From positions 133,508,937-133,572,936 of the forward strand of contig NC_133617.1 of the NCBI RefSeq assembly GCF_048593235.1: DNA of 64,000 nucleotides, given 5' to 3'. Positions within the stretch are counted from its first letter, which is position 1. Every line of letters starts with the position of its first letter. Made by a program: the position numbers and the translations under genes. Below are positions 1-12,979 of this stretch, piece by piece. Under the pieces are notes generated by a model, which had not been told where the DNA came from, ran no database searches, and saw only the letters and a program-made list of their open reading frames with translations. Origin of the DNA: Sminthopsis crassicaudata. Lineage: Eukaryota.

Positions 1-512
1 ACAATGATCTCCCGATTCTGCTCATTTCACTTAGCATCAGTTCCTATAAGTCTCTCCTGGCCTTTCTGAAATCATCCTGTTGTTCATTTCTTACAAAATA
101 ATAATATTCCATAATATTCATATACAATAATTTATTCAGCCATTCTTCAACTGATGAGCATCCACTCAGTTTCCAATTTTTTGCCACTTCAAAAAGGCTG
201 CTATAAACATTTTTGCACATGTGGGTCCATTTCCGTTCTTTACGATCTCTTTGGGATATAAGCCCAGTAGATACATTGCTGGATCAAAGGATATATGCGG
301 TTTGAGAACCCTTTGGGAATAGTTCCAAATTGCTACCCACTATGGTTGGATCCATTCACAATTATACCAACAATGTATTAGTGCCCCAGTTTTCCCATTT
401 TCCCTTCAACATTCATCACTATATTTTCCTGTCATTTTAGCAATCTGAGAGGTATGAAGTGGTATCTCAGAACAGTCTTAATTTGCATTTTTCTGATCAA
501 TAATGATTTAGA
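1..512 (-). mobile_element. L1 fragment, ORF2 C-terminal region (continues off the window to the left)
   Basis: Antisense of the marsupial L1 ORF2 end (ctgctcatttcacttagcatcag, gccacttcaaaaaggctgc, ggtatctcagaacagtcttaatttgcattt); homologous to the copies at 48004-48748 and 61768-63388. Confidence 0.9.
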
Positions 513-700
513 GTATGCATATTCTTTTGCAACATGGATAATATAGAAATATTTTGCGTGACTTTGCAGGTATGATTTGTATTCTTGGAGGGCTGCATAG
601 ATGGAGAGAATTTTGAACTTTTTTTAAAAAATGAATGTTAATTTTTAAACATGTAACTGGGAAATATTTAATGAAGTAAAACAAATATTTTTTTTTAAAG
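513..700 (+). mobile_element. L1 3' UTR/tail of an older subfamily
   Basis: ttcttttgcaacatggataatatagaaat...aaacatgtaactgggaaat followed by an A/T tail, typical of marsupial L1 3' ends. Confidence 0.7.
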
Positions 701-741
701 TGGCTGGGAAATAGGGGAGAAAAATGACTGGTTTTTAAGTC

Positions 742-852
742 ATAGGATTTGGTTATAGCCCCAATTTGATACTTAGAATGTAACTTCAGCCAATCTTAGT
801 TTCCTCATTTATAAAATAAGTGTCTGGACTGGAAGATTCTTAAGATATCTTC
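742..852 (+). mobile_element. MIR/CORE-SINE relic
   Basis: Core motif ctcagtttcctcatttataaaat (here cttagtttcctcatttataaaat). Confidence 0.55.
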
Positions 853-1519
853 AATGATACATTTTAAATACTTTATAAACTAAATTTAAGAGTTCTATGT
901 CCACTTCCTAGAGAATGAATCCAGTAGAATTTATTGTTTTACATGGAAAACTAGTTGGAAAAATTATTTTATTCCATGAGAAAAGAGTGTATAGGTAAAC
1001 TTAAGTTGCTTAAACAGGACATGAGGGAAAAAAGTGGAATAAAAACTTAGTTATAAACTAAATAAGTGAGAGAAATGTAGAAAAAACCCTTGTAATTCCA
1101 AAGTACTGTCTTCCTTCATTGAATACAAAGAAAAATCCACTTAAATTGTTAGGAGTACAATTTAGTTTAGCAGAGATGAACTTTTTTTTTTTTCCTTATC
1201 CTACTTTCCTCCTGCTTACATAACTTTAAAAAAGTGAATGGACATGATTTTCTTATGAGTAAATTTGCTTCACCAATGCTTTTTGTCAACTCTTCTGAAA
1301 TTTAATAGTCTTAGAGAGGTGCCTGAGGCCTAGGCAGCCTGTTAAGTAGCAAAACACAACCAAGTTTAGTCCTGAGAAAAAACTAAGGAAAAGTACCTGC
1401 CTCCCTTCCTTGGTGCAGGAGAAAGGGCACTATGGCCCCATGGGTGAGAAACACTGCATATATTTTCAGAATTACTTGATGTGTTGGCTAAGTTTGCAAA
1501 TTTTTTTTATGACCCTTTT

Positions 1520-1715
1520 CTCTCTCTCTCTCTCTCTTTTTTTTAAACAGAAGATGATTCTTTGGGTAGGGAAAGATACAGACATTCTCTTTCTTTGCAC
1601 AAATATATATACACACGCATACACAAACACACAGACATATATATATATACATACACACACACACATATATATACACACACACACACATGCAAATATATAC
1701 ATATACAGATACCAA
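1520..1715. repeat. Compound (TC)n and (TA/CA)n microsatellites
   Basis: Seen directly; explains the four overlapping ORFs at 1410-1883. Confidence 0.95.
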
Positions 1716-1989
1716 GTTCTGAAATAAATCAAAGCCATAAAGAATAAAATGTCTTTTAATGAGATAACAAGATTGCAAATCTGCCACTCTTAGAGATGTT
1801 CCGTGGATTTCCCAACTCCAAGACCAATGTAAAAGCTTTAGGAGCAGAGGGGGAAAAGACAGTCTGAAGTCATGAAACCTCAATGGCTCTTAGCAATCCT
1901 AGAAAGAGAATCACTTCTAGGTGTTCTACTTTTCATGCCATGAATCCCAATGGAAGGGGGAAAGAACACTAAAAGTTGAGATTAATATG

Positions 1990-4215
1990 ATAAAGTAGAA
2001 TTTATACTAAGAAGGCAGAGATGGTTTAACAGAAGGAAAACAATTAATATAATTTAATATATGAATTATAAAAAAATAAAATTCATGATTTAGTTAATAG
2101 ATGCAGAAAACACTCATTTTTATTAAAAACAAAACAAAACAAAACAATCCTTGAAAAGCCTTCCAGGAAGATCAGATCTGAAAAAAGTATGCCTACTATC
2201 ACCAATATTATTCAATATTCACTGGAAATTCTAGCAATAGCAATAAGAAAGAAAAATGAAGTAAAACAAGTATTTTTTTAAGTGGCTGGGAAATAGGGAA
2301 TCAGAATAGGGAATAAGGTAATAATATCTGGTTTTGGTAAGGATATGATGATATATTTGGAATATCCCAAAGACTCAACCATAAAGTTAGTTAAAATAAT
2401 CAGTAACTTTAGCGAAGTTGCATATATAAAGTATATATATATATATGTATACATATATATATATATATATATATATAATCATTTCTATATGTTGCAAGCA
2501 AGATTCTGCAAGGAGAGAAAATAAAAATAAAAATAACATTATTTAAAATAGTCTAGACAGTATAAAATACCTGGGAGTACACTTCCCAAAACAAACCCAG
2601 AAACTATATAAATAAATTTATAAAAACAGTTATGTAAATAAAATCAGATTTGAATAATTAGAGAAATATGAACTGTTCATGGATAGGTAAGGATACTATA
2701 ATAAAAAGACAATGTAACTAAAACTAACCAAAACTAAATATTCAATACCATCCCAATTAAATTAACATTTAAAAATTTTAATTAAAAACAAACAGCAATA
2801 AAATTCATTTGAAAAAACAAAAAGTGAAGAATATCTAAGTAAAAAAAATAATGTAAAGGAAGGAGGTTTAGCAGTACAAGATCATAAACTTTATTCTAAG
2901 GCAGTAATTATCAAAACTATCTGGCGATGGTTGTCATAGAAAGACAGATAAATGGACCACAGCAGACATACAATTTACAGTAGCAAATAAATACAATATT
3001 GTATTTGACAAGTACAAAACTTAACATTTTGGTAAATTTGGTAAAAATTATTTGGTAAAAAAAATTGGGGGAATACTGGAAATTAGTATGAAAGAAACTA
3101 GGCATAGACCAATATTTTATATCATTTGTCAAGATAAGGTCAAATGGAAACATGACCTAGATTTAAAAAAAAACAAAAGAGATTTTACAAGAAAATTAGA
3201 AGAACATAGAACATCTTACTTATCAGACTTATGAATAGCTGAACATTTTGTGAACAGATAAGAAAAAGTGAACAAACATATATAAAGGAATAATTTTGAT
3301 TACATTCAATTAAAATGTTTTTGTATATATAAAACAAATGTAACAAAGATCAGAAGGAAAACAGACAACTGGGAGGAAATTTTATAGAGAGTTTATCAAA
3401 TAAAGGTCCCATATCTAAAATATAAAAATAACTTTGTTAAATCTATGAATGTCTTTCCCCAATTGGTAAGTGGTCAAAGCATATAAAATTTCCAGTGAAG
3501 AAATGAAAACAGTTTATAGTTATATAAAGTTGCATAAAAATTCTCTAGATCATTATTGATTAGAGAAATACAAATCAAAGCTACCTTGATATATTATTTT
3601 ATACCTACAAGATTAGCTGAAATGATAGAAGAGGAAAGTGAGAATATTGGAGGGGATATGAAAAAATTGGGAGACTAATTCATTATTGGTTGAATTGCAA
3701 ACTGGTGCAACCATTTTGAAGAACAATGTGGAATTACGCCCAAAGAGTTACTTATACCCTTTGACCTAGCAATACTATCACTTGATCTATTTCTGAAGAT
3801 AATTAGGGAAGAAGCAAAAGAACCTATATGTTCTAAAATGTTTACAGCAACTCCCTTCATGATGGCAAAGAAGTGGAAATGGCAGGGATGCTCATCAACT
3901 GGGGAATGGCTGAACAAGCTATGGTATATGATTGTGATGGACTACTATTGTGCTATAAGAAATAATGAGTTCAATGACTTTAGAAAAACATAGAAAATTT
4001 GCATGAAATAATGAAAAGTAAAATGAGCAGAACTCAGAATATTGTATACAACAACAGCAATTTTTTAAAGAGTAACTTTGAGAGAATAAGTTATTTTCAC
4101 TATTATAAATATCCAAATTAACTAAAGGATATATGAAGAAAGATGCTATCTGAATCCAGAGAAAGAATTGATGAATGAATAGAAGTTTTGTAGAAGAATT
4201 TTTTACACACACACA

Positions 4216-4255
<40 letters not shown>

Positions 4256-4480
4256 TTTTTGTGTTTAATAGAAGCTATCTTCAGGGAAGTGAAGGGTTTG
4301 GGGAGAGAAGAAAAAAAGGAGAAAACATTTTACATGATAATTCTTTTGTGTATTTGAAAGAAATGGCAAATTGTACATACCTTTACAGTTTCATTTGCAA
4401 TGATCTTTTTTAATGCATAATATTATAGAAATGCTTGTTATTCCATCAGTTAGGAATTAAATTTTAGAAAAAAATAAAGT
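1990..4480 (+). mobile_element. Old degenerate L1, ORF2 RT domain through 3' UTR, with embedded (TA)n at about 2430-2478 and (CA)n at about 4205-4252
   Basis: Decayed ORF2 motifs (DQVGFIPG-like at ~1990, IDAEK at ~2097, LFNI.LEILAIAIRKEK at ~2205, DDM..YLE.P at ~2340) and the C-terminal region at 3650-4050; many stops and frameshifts. Confidence 0.9.
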
Positions 4481-4939
4481 TTGATTCTGAGTGAAATCTG
4501 AGGTGGATTATCTCAGGAATCTATACTTGACAAGTATATTTCTCTGTCCCTTACTTTCCCCCCTCCCAACCTCCACTTTCTCTCCCTCCCCTTAAGATTT
4601 TACAATATCTGAAATGATATAGGTTAGTTAGTTCAGAGCAGGTAGGAAATAAACTGTTGATCCACAGTTTGAATGTATAGCCTTTATCTTCATTCATAAG
4701 AAGCAAACATTGCTCTTTCAGTTCTCTGCAAAGATTAGAAGAGATATTCATTATTCAATGTTCTTTACTTTATTAAAAGCACATATCAAGGTCTACAATG
4801 ATGGGGAAATTTACTTTACTGCTTTATTAAGGATTCAGTATGGCATTATTTCCTCCTTGCCTTCTAAGATAAAACTTACTAGATATCCATAAGGAGAAAG
4901 TATGGGGATCTTTAAGCAGATTTGCAATTTAATTTCATA

Positions 4940-5115
4940 GAACAGCTTAGACTTAGAGGATCCAAAGTTCAAGAGATGTTAGTGGTCATCTGGTGCAACT
5001 CTCAGTTCAATGACTGCCTTATTACTGCAATATCTTGCACAAGTGGTCATCAAACCACCGCCCAAGCCCTTCTCAGGGGACAAAAACATGTTACTTCAGG
5101 ACACAGTCCATTTTA
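4940..5115 (-). mobile_element. L3/CR1 3' end fragment
   Basis: gtggtcatctggtgcaac...acaagtggtcatc...ccttctcagggga, matching the antisense L3 3' end as I recall it. Confidence 0.6.
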
Positions 5116-5399
5116 GTAAAAGTTTGGGGGTGGCTGAGTGAATAAATCAATCAATTATCTTAGACCACACACATTAAGTAGCCATAAACAAAAATCTGAT
5201 ATCTCCCTCAGAAGAGAACAGTCAATTAGAGGCATGAATTCAATGTGACTTAGAAGTTTTTGAAAGGCATTGGATAAACTGAAATGACCTTGCTTAAGAT
5301 TGCTCTACAATCAAAATGGTTTAGGAGACAAGGTCACCCTCTGTGGGTTTTGCTTAAAATAGCAAACCAAAACATAATCCATGAATTTGAGAATCTGTT

Positions 5400-6125
5400 A
5401 ACTTAGTGGTGGAAACAACTCAAAAACCACAAGAAGGAATCAGTAGAGGTAAGGGAAAGCTCATCTCAGCAACATGGTGATCCAAGACAAATCCAATAGA
5501 CTTGGGATGGAAAATGCCATCCACATTCAGAGAAAATAGTATGGAGACTAAATGTAAATCAAAGCATACTATTTCATTTTTTTAAACCTTTCTTGTGATT
5601 TTCCCTTTTATTTTGATTTTTCTTTCACTGTTAAGGACCATGCCTAGGTGAAGTGGCAGGTCAATTCTCCCAGAGCCTCCACAATTGTGAATCATAACAC
5701 TTGAAGGAGTTGCAAAGCAGCTTTTTCTTACACAATGTTCCTTGTAAATTGGGAATGAAATAAATTGGAGGTAAGAGGGAAGAGGAGACAGGCCAGAGAA
5801 TGTAACTGCCTTTCAGTCTCCTTGAATTATCATCATCCTCTCACATGAAGAGATCCATTCCACAGGTCTGAGTTAGACCTCCAGCAGCCACTGGCAGGTG
5901 GCTCCCATATCACAGTATTTCACAATAGGACTAACAGGGAAATTCGTGCAAAATGATTGTACATAAATCATCTATGTCAAATTGATGACTATTTTAGGGA
6001 GGGGAGGTAAAGTAGAAGGGAGAAAAAATATCGGAACTCAAAATCTTATCAAAATAAATGTTGAACACTATGTTCATATGAAATTGAAAAAAATAAAATG
6101 CCGTTGAAATAAAAATAAATAAATA
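5400..6125 (+). mobile_element. L1 3' end interrupted by an LTR-like insert
   Basis: L1 3' UTR text (gacttgggatggaaaatgccatccacattcagag) stops at 5628 and resumes near 5918, ending in an aaataaa/AAAT tail. Confidence 0.8.
5629..5914 (-). mobile_element. Solo LTR-like element nested in L1
   Basis: TGTTAAGG...ATCACA termini; tttcac occurs at both junctions (5623-5628 and 5918-5923), though the right copy is offset by 3 nt. Confidence 0.55.
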
Positions 6126-6169
6126 AATAAGCAGGTAGCCCTGCCTGCCTTTAGTCTTTCCCCTTACAG

Positions 6170-6500
6170 CTGTCAAACTTACATCCCTAAAACATAGACC
6201 AGATCATGTCACCATATGATTCTGTGCTCAAAAAGTCTTAATGGCTCCCTTAGGGTCTGAAAGATAAAATACAAACTATTTTTTAAAAGTCCTCCATAAT
6301 CTAATTTTTACTTAACCTTCCAGTTTTATTTCCTATTATTTCCTTTTATTCATTCTACTTTCCAGGTAAATAAACCTGCTAGCTATTCTCCATATATGAC
6401 ATTCCATCTCCCACCTTGTATTTTGCACAAATGAATCACTATATATGGAACACTTTTAGCCTCTGCCTTGTAAAATCTGGAACTTCTTTCAGAGTATAAT
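6170..6500 (+). mobile_element. L2 relic
   Basis: gatcatgtcacc...ctgtgctcaaaaagtcttaatggctccc, a characteristic L2 3' region. Confidence 0.65.
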
Positions 6501-6834
6501 ACAGATGCCAATTGTTTTATCTCCCTTAAAATCAAAACCCCTTAAAGTTTTTAGCATATAAATCATGAAATCCACAAGGCAACAAGCTTTTAGTAAGTAC
6601 TTACTGTATGCAGATAACTTTATTGAACACTGAAGATAGATACACATGTAAGCAAAATGAAGGATCCCACTAATCATTACCCCTTCCTTCCTCTTTAAAT
6701 TATTGTGAATTTGTGTGTATATGTATATATGACCAAAAATGTGGTTTGATTAATATAAAGGATTTCTGACAAAGAAACTCCTTCTACCAATATCAGTTCC
6801 TGCCCTGAAACTTACAGAGAATAGAACCTCTTTG

Positions 6835-7010
6835 TCATAGGACTGGAGATCTAGGACTGAAAAGGATGACAGATGCCATCTAGTTCAAAGTCCTCATTTT
6901 ACAATTAAGGAAACTGAGGCCCAGGGAGATTGAGCAGCTTGTCCAAGCTCCCATCAAGTAGTAAATATTAGAGGCACAATTTTCCAGGTTCTCTGATTCC
7001 AGAGTCACTT
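6835..7010 (-). mobile_element. MIR
   Basis: gccatctagttcaaagtcctcattttacaattaaggaaactgaggcccag. Confidence 0.75.
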
Positions 7011-7024
7011 TCTACAATGCTACT

Positions 7025-7062
<38 letters not shown>

Positions 7063-7399
7063 TAGTTATTCATATGCATAGAGATGGTATATTTCTCTCA
7101 ATAGAATTAAAAATCCTTGAAATCAAGGACTGTTTCATTTTTGCTATATCCAGAGGCCTTGAGACAGGGTCTGGCACATTATAAATGGTCACTAATTTCT
7201 TTTTGATTAATTGATAGGACATTGAACTGATTTTAAAGAATGAAATGCAATAGCAATAATTTGAAGTTTTATATTGGGTTTTAAAAGAATAAATTTTTTG
7301 ATGAATTACCCTAAAAAAATCCTGCAAATTTCCATGGTCTATAATCTCAATGTGAATCAGAAGCATGCCATGGAAAACAAATTATAAAAAAGTGATTCA

Positions 7400-7830
7400 A
7401 TATTAGGCACCACTGAGAAGCAAAACATTCCCAAGGAAGGAAGTGATATTTTTACTATCAGAGTTCTAGAGTCACTGCTCTGGTTCAGACTATAGCTGGG
7501 GTATTGTATTCAGTTCTGAATACCTCATTTTAGGGAGAACATTGTTATGGATGAAACATTCTTGGAGATTGTCCAGAGAGGGCATCTGCATTGGTGATAG
7601 ATGTTCGGTTCTTGTTCTATAAGAAATGGTTGAAGGAACAGGGGGTGTTTGGTCTGGAGAAGGTACTTAGAAGAACATTGATTTTGCTCTGTTGGCACTA
7701 GAGGGCAGTATTGAAAGCAATGGGTAGAAGATACAAAGAGACAGAGTTGATGTTAAGAAAAATTCGGCATTAGATCTATTTGAGGAGTTACTGATCTTCA
7801 AACAAAATCAGGATGACCAGTTCCCAGAAG
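7400..7830 (+). mobile_element. L3/CR1 reverse-transcriptase C-terminal relic
   Basis: Decayed LVR..L.YC.QF..PHF and VQR.A...V...YKKWLKE.G.FGLEK motifs typical of CR1. Confidence 0.75.
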
Positions 7831-8689
7831 ATAGAATCCTGGACTTTGAATCAGTTCAGTCTGAGTCTAAATCTTGCCTCAAGATAACTGGAAATCATTT
7901 ACTCTCTCTAAATCTGTTTCTTCAATTGTAAAATGGGAATAACATCTATTTCACAAGGTTGTTGTGAAGATCACATGATATTATGTAGGTAAACTGTTTT
8001 GTAAATCCGAGATCACTATGTAAATGTTTATTATTATTATTAATTTAATACTCACTTGTTAAAAGGCAACTATGTACAAGGCAAGGAACAGTGTGCCCTA
8101 GTGGATAGAAATGGCCTTGGACTTTGTTTTGTTGATTGTCTAGATTTAAGAAAATGGTAGAGAAAATGTTAGTGATGAGATTAAACTTAAAAGTGTCCTA
8201 CATACATTTCCCCTCTGGAGAACTGCTGATTTAGCTTTTTGAAATATGCTTCTGATAGTATGCTTTAATAAGTTCAGCCTTTAGACAACTAAGACTCTGT
8301 GCAAGTCAAACTTCTGTTTCCTCAATGTAAAATGGGAATTATGGTAGTTAACTACTTCATAGAGTTGTTTAGTTAAACAGCACCATCTGACCAAAATACA
8401 CACTAAAAAAACCCATTAGCAAAAACTGTCACAGTAGATAATAAACACTCCATTCAACAAACTGAAATCAATTTGTTGCTACCATTCTTCTCAATCCTTA
8501 CATTACAACCATCTTGACCAGGAGACACTTTTGTCATTGTGAAAGTAATGCACTTTCAAGTCAAGATATCACTCTTCTGATGTCATTGGTCCTCTGAGGA
8601 TAAAGGACAAATAACAAACTTTTATTACTGTGAAGATGACAGCTCCTTAGTAATCAAACAGCATTTTTTTAATGCTCTGTAATTATGAT

Positions 8690-9170
8690 AATACCAGAAA
8701 GAAGTACTGGAAATACAAAGGCCAACAGGGTCTTTTTCCTTGAGACACTTAACATGGGGCCCCAGTTCATAACTAAGTATGAATAGAATAGAACAAACTA
8801 GGCACCAAGTGCATACAGAACAATTTTGAGAGGGAGAGAATTAACAACTGGGGTAATCTGGAAAGGTTTCATATGGACAGTGTATGTTCATAGTCTTGAA
8901 GGAAATCAAGGATTCTAGTTGGTGAAATTGAAGAGGAAAGGTATCCTAGGCTTGAAAGATAGCTAGTCCAAAGGCAGAGTATGAAGACAGAGAGAACAGC
9001 ATGAAAGCTGGTCTAACCAGATCAGAGAACCGCATGAACAGAGAGAGGAAGATGTAAATATGTACAATATTTAGAGATACATGAGAATGTATAAAAAAGA
9101 GTAGAAAGAAATGGAAGAACTGACCAGATTATAAAGAGTTTTAAATCTCAGACAAAGGCAGTCTGATCAT
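8690..9170 (-). mobile_element. L2 relic
   Basis: Purine-rich antisense L2 text (gtcttgaaggaaatcaaggattctag, aaaggtatcctaggc). Confidence 0.6.
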
Positions 9171-10394
9171 GCAAATGGCAAGTTTTTATATTCCTTGTTT
9201 TATTAGTCATATTTTAAAAGGGCATTTTAATTCAAATACTGCCGGATTTTTAGTATGTATTCAATCTCAGGTTATGAAACCAAGGGGGTATGAGACAGAT
9301 TTAGAGATTGTTTAGTCCATCACTCTCATATGACATATGAGGGAAATGACTCAAAAAAAAAAAAAAAAACTGGAATAATTTGCCCAGAGCTACAAAGCCA
9401 TTCAATGGTAAGGAGAGGACTCAAATCCAGATCTCCTTGACACCCAAATCCAATATTATTTCCATTATTCTACAATGTATCTGTCCTGTAGCTAATAAAT
9501 GGCAAGAAATATTGAAAAAACAAATAGCAACAAACTTTGTTCTCTGAATTGTAAGCTCTATAGATTTGCTTTTCTAAATCAAACACCAAGTTTAATCAAC
9601 ACTTCAGCTGTCATAAAGCCAGAAGGAAGCTATTAATAGGTGTAGATAATTTACTCCTGAGACAAAGAAAAAGGGTGTTAAGATCTTTCTATAATTATTC
9701 ATCTTCTAAACCAGAGAAGGTATTCTTCCAACCGAACACAAACTGGGATTTGATAATCCCAAAATGATAGGTTTGTGAATCAGTTGAATTAAAACAATTA
9801 GTAAGCCCCTAACAGTACAAAATCATAATATGATACAATCACAAAATCAAAATCTAACACCTCACTGTAGCTTGAAGGTAAACTCCAGTTCTTACGCTGG
9901 GCTCCTAAAGGCAGCTAATGAAGATTACTAGATCCGAAATTAGAAAAATCTGAGTTCCAGTCCTGCCTCAATTGTTGATCACAGACATGCCATTAATAAC
10001 CTTTCTGCCTCAATTTCCTTATTTCTAAAATAATAGCATCACTAAATTCACAGTTCTGATAATTCCATCAAACTGAAAAGGTAGAATATCACTCAATGCA
10101 AGGTATGCCTGTTGTCTGAAAGGTCCTTTGCTAAGTTATAAGAGACTCAGTACCAGATTGGTTTACAAATGATTAATTTTTTAATAAGAATGAGACAAAC
10201 ACAGAGAGACAGAGAAGGAGACTGACAGAGAGAAGGAATGAAGGAGGAAAGAAGGGAGAGAGCAAGTATTATTGACTGAAAATTACAAATTATAGGAGCA
10301 TTGCTTATTGAATCGATGAAGAGAGTATCCAGCACAATATCTGTCATTCTGAAGGTGTTTAAAAATGCTTGCCAATTGATTAAATGCTTATGCC

Positions 10395-10468
10395 AAGGAA
10401 ATGATAGATTTTAAAAAATAGTTTTGTATTTTTCCAATTACATGTAATGATAGCATTCATTTTTGTAA
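10395..10468 (-). mobile_element. L1 3' tail running into the assembly gap
   Basis: ttttaaaaaatagttttgtatttttccaattacatgtaa is the antisense L1 3' terminus. Confidence 0.65.
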
Positions 10469-10624
10469 NNNNNNNNNNNNNNNNNNNNNNNNNNNNNNNN
10501 NNNNNNNNNNNNNNNNNNNNNNNNNNNNNNNNNNNNNNNNNNNNNNNNNNNNNNNNNNNNNNNNNNNNNNNNNNNNNNNNNNNNNNNNNNNNNNNNNNNN
10601 NNNNNNNNNNNNNNNNNNNNNNNN
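10469..10624. other. Assembly gap (156 N)
   Basis: Run of N seen directly; indicates a scaffolded assembly. Confidence 1.
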
Positions 10625-11104
10625 GACAACAAGCAATCTTCTGTAGATTATACATATACAATCATTTTAAACATAGGAAATGATAGAGCTACTGAAACAT
10701 ATATAACTGATTTATTTCCTCTTCCTCTCCTGTACTTCACTCTCCCTGATGATTAAGTGGAATCTTGAATATGCACATATATCCTCAGCCTGCTTCCACA
10801 GATAAAATGATACTTTAGAAGTAAAGACCTGCCAGTCTAATTTCTTCATTTTACAGATGAGGAAAAGTGAGGCTCCAAAATATACAAAGACAAGATTTAG
10901 ACAATTTTTAGGACTAAAATTCTAAGAGAAATATAAGGAGGGAGAGATAAGTTTCAATGGAAGAAGAATCAGGGAAGGCTTCATGTAGAAGAAATTTTGG
11001 ATCAAAGAATCATAGGTGAATATAGAAAATAATGTAGCCCAAGCTCCTCTTTTTACAGAAAAAGAAACTAAGGTCTAAAGGAGATTAAGAAATTTGTCCA
11101 GTCA

Positions 11105-11483
11105 TGATGATTTGAAAGAAATCAAAGAGATTCTCTTAAAGGCACAAAAGAGTTTATTTATGCCGTAGCTGATGGGTTAATCTCTGAACTGAGTATATCA
11201 ACTTAGAAATAGTTCAGGGAGAGTTTTATATACTGAAAATTTGGGGCTTAGCTAGCAAACTAACAGCCTACAAGATTGTAGAGAATAAAAGAACGATAAG
11301 GAAGAAGCCAAGATGGTTTTTTATACAGTTAAGGAGATAAGATATTTTTTAGCAAGGTATTGTCAATCAGACAGGATGGTTTTTTTGTTTTTGTTTTTGT
11401 TTTTTGCAGAGGAGCAACAGGTATTGCTCCACATTCCCTGGCTAGGTAATAGTTTTGAGCAAAGCCTCAGCTCTGACCAATCA
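11105..11483 (-). mobile_element. Solo LTR-like element inserted in a MIR
   Basis: TG...CA termini; minus-strand TATAAAA (11230-11224) and AATAAA (11158-11153); MIR resumes at 11484; possible 4-bp TSD gtca/gtaa. Confidence 0.5.
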
Positions 11484-12300
11484 GTAACAGAAATAGCATT
11501 TGAACCCAGAATCTATATCATGGATCTAAAGCTGAAAGACTTTAACTCTCAATTTTGTAGATGAGAAAACAGGCTTAGTGAGAGTAAGGGACTTGATCAG
11601 GATGACCCTTGTACTAACTGCCAAAGCTGTGTTTAAACTCATGGACTGATGTTTGTTCCAGGGAGGGGAGTTAGTTCTAAAGGTGATGTCAGGGGGAGAG
11701 GGTGATCTGGAAGAGAGGAAGATGAGAATTCTAGGCAGTGAGTAATCCAATTTAGCCAAAAAACAATGTTCCTGGAGAAGCAGAGAAAACTGAAATAAGG
11801 CTGAAGTTGAGAAAATGATTCTGATTTTTTCAGTGGTTTGATGTAACAACTGTTTTTTTTTCCCTTTTTGGCAGTAATGTGGTCACAAATAACTTTGTAA
11901 AGCTGCTCTACTGTTTAAACTGAGTCCCATGAAATGTCAGTGCCCTCCCTGTTGTGAATCTTCACTTTCACACATGACTGAAATTAAGCATGCCTGTGAT
12001 CACAGATGACAGACACTCCTTTGGAAGACCAATTGAAACTGAAGACAATTTTGCAGGAAACAGACATCAAGTTCTCAGTTCCCAACAAGAAAATTAAGAA
12101 AAAAGTTCAATTGTGTTTGCTTCTTTACCATTTTTAAAAACTAAATTTTGGTAAATATGAAGAAACGTATTTTATTCCATTGACTTTTGCATCATGAGAT
12201 ATGAATAATAAGGAATATTCTGTCATTTTTCTATTACTATTACACATACAACTTCTACTAATTATGAAATTGTGTGACTTGATGAATACCTCTTGGAATG

Positions 12301-12334
<34 letters not shown>

Positions 12335-12535
12335 GTTTTGTTTGCCATCTCAGGAATACGGTTTTTCAACGTATAGTCAATATTCACATTGTATGAAACT
12401 GACTGAACATTACTCTTACCAGTCTCACTCAAAGTACCACAAAATTCTATTTGTTTCACAACTTTATAGATAAGCACAATTATTTCTAGTCAGGGTACTC
12501 CAATGGGTGCTGAAATTATAGATTCTAGAACCCAC

Positions 12536-12590
12536 CTCCAGTCCATTCTACTATCTGTCAACGGAGGCAAGATATTAAAAAGGCCCCCTC
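12536..12590 (-). other. Candidate 55-nt exon of the minus-strand gene containing an ATG in strong context
   Basis: Acceptor ttctgtttttcttgtttgtgcctacacccag|GAG, donor GAG|gtgggt, and AGAATGG at 12546-12544. An alternative donor CTG|gtaaga lies at 12420. No repeat signature recognised here. No transcript evidence. Confidence 0.3.
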
Positions 12591-12979
12591 CTGGGTGTAG
12601 GCACAAACAAGAAAAACAGAATTATAAAGGACTCAGAAGTCAATTAGTATGATCAGAATTCCCTCTCTAACATGTGACCCATGGAGGTAAAGAAATTATA
12701 ATTTATCAGGAAAATGTTTGATTTGTTTATCTATTTTAAATACCTATGAAAATTTCTCAGGCAAAAAGGCATCACAAATGGAAAAAAAAATGTTTAAGAA
12801 GTGCTGCTCTAGAACATGTCTTACAAATGATCATTTAATTTCTACCTACAGGGAAATTGCTCATTTCAAAGATGGGAAAACTGAGGTCTAAGAAGGCAAT
12901 ATAGCTAGTAAATGACAGTAGGTAGATTTGAACACAAGTCTCCTGACTCCAGAATCCTCCATTCATTTCACTGCCCTAA

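Noticed and set aside
1-700. Inverted L1 piece abutting a sense L1 tail, resembling a twin-priming 5' inversion
   Set aside because: The two pieces look like different-aged subfamilies, so independent insertions are more likely. The left TSD lies outside the window, so this cannot be closed here.
1410-1883. Overlapping ORFs rich in HT/YI/CV repeats (also 3919-4357, 32094-32460, 46285-46584)
   Set aside because: Produced by stop-free CA/TA microsatellites.
10380-10683. ORFs spanning the N run
   Set aside because: Artefacts of translating an assembly gap.
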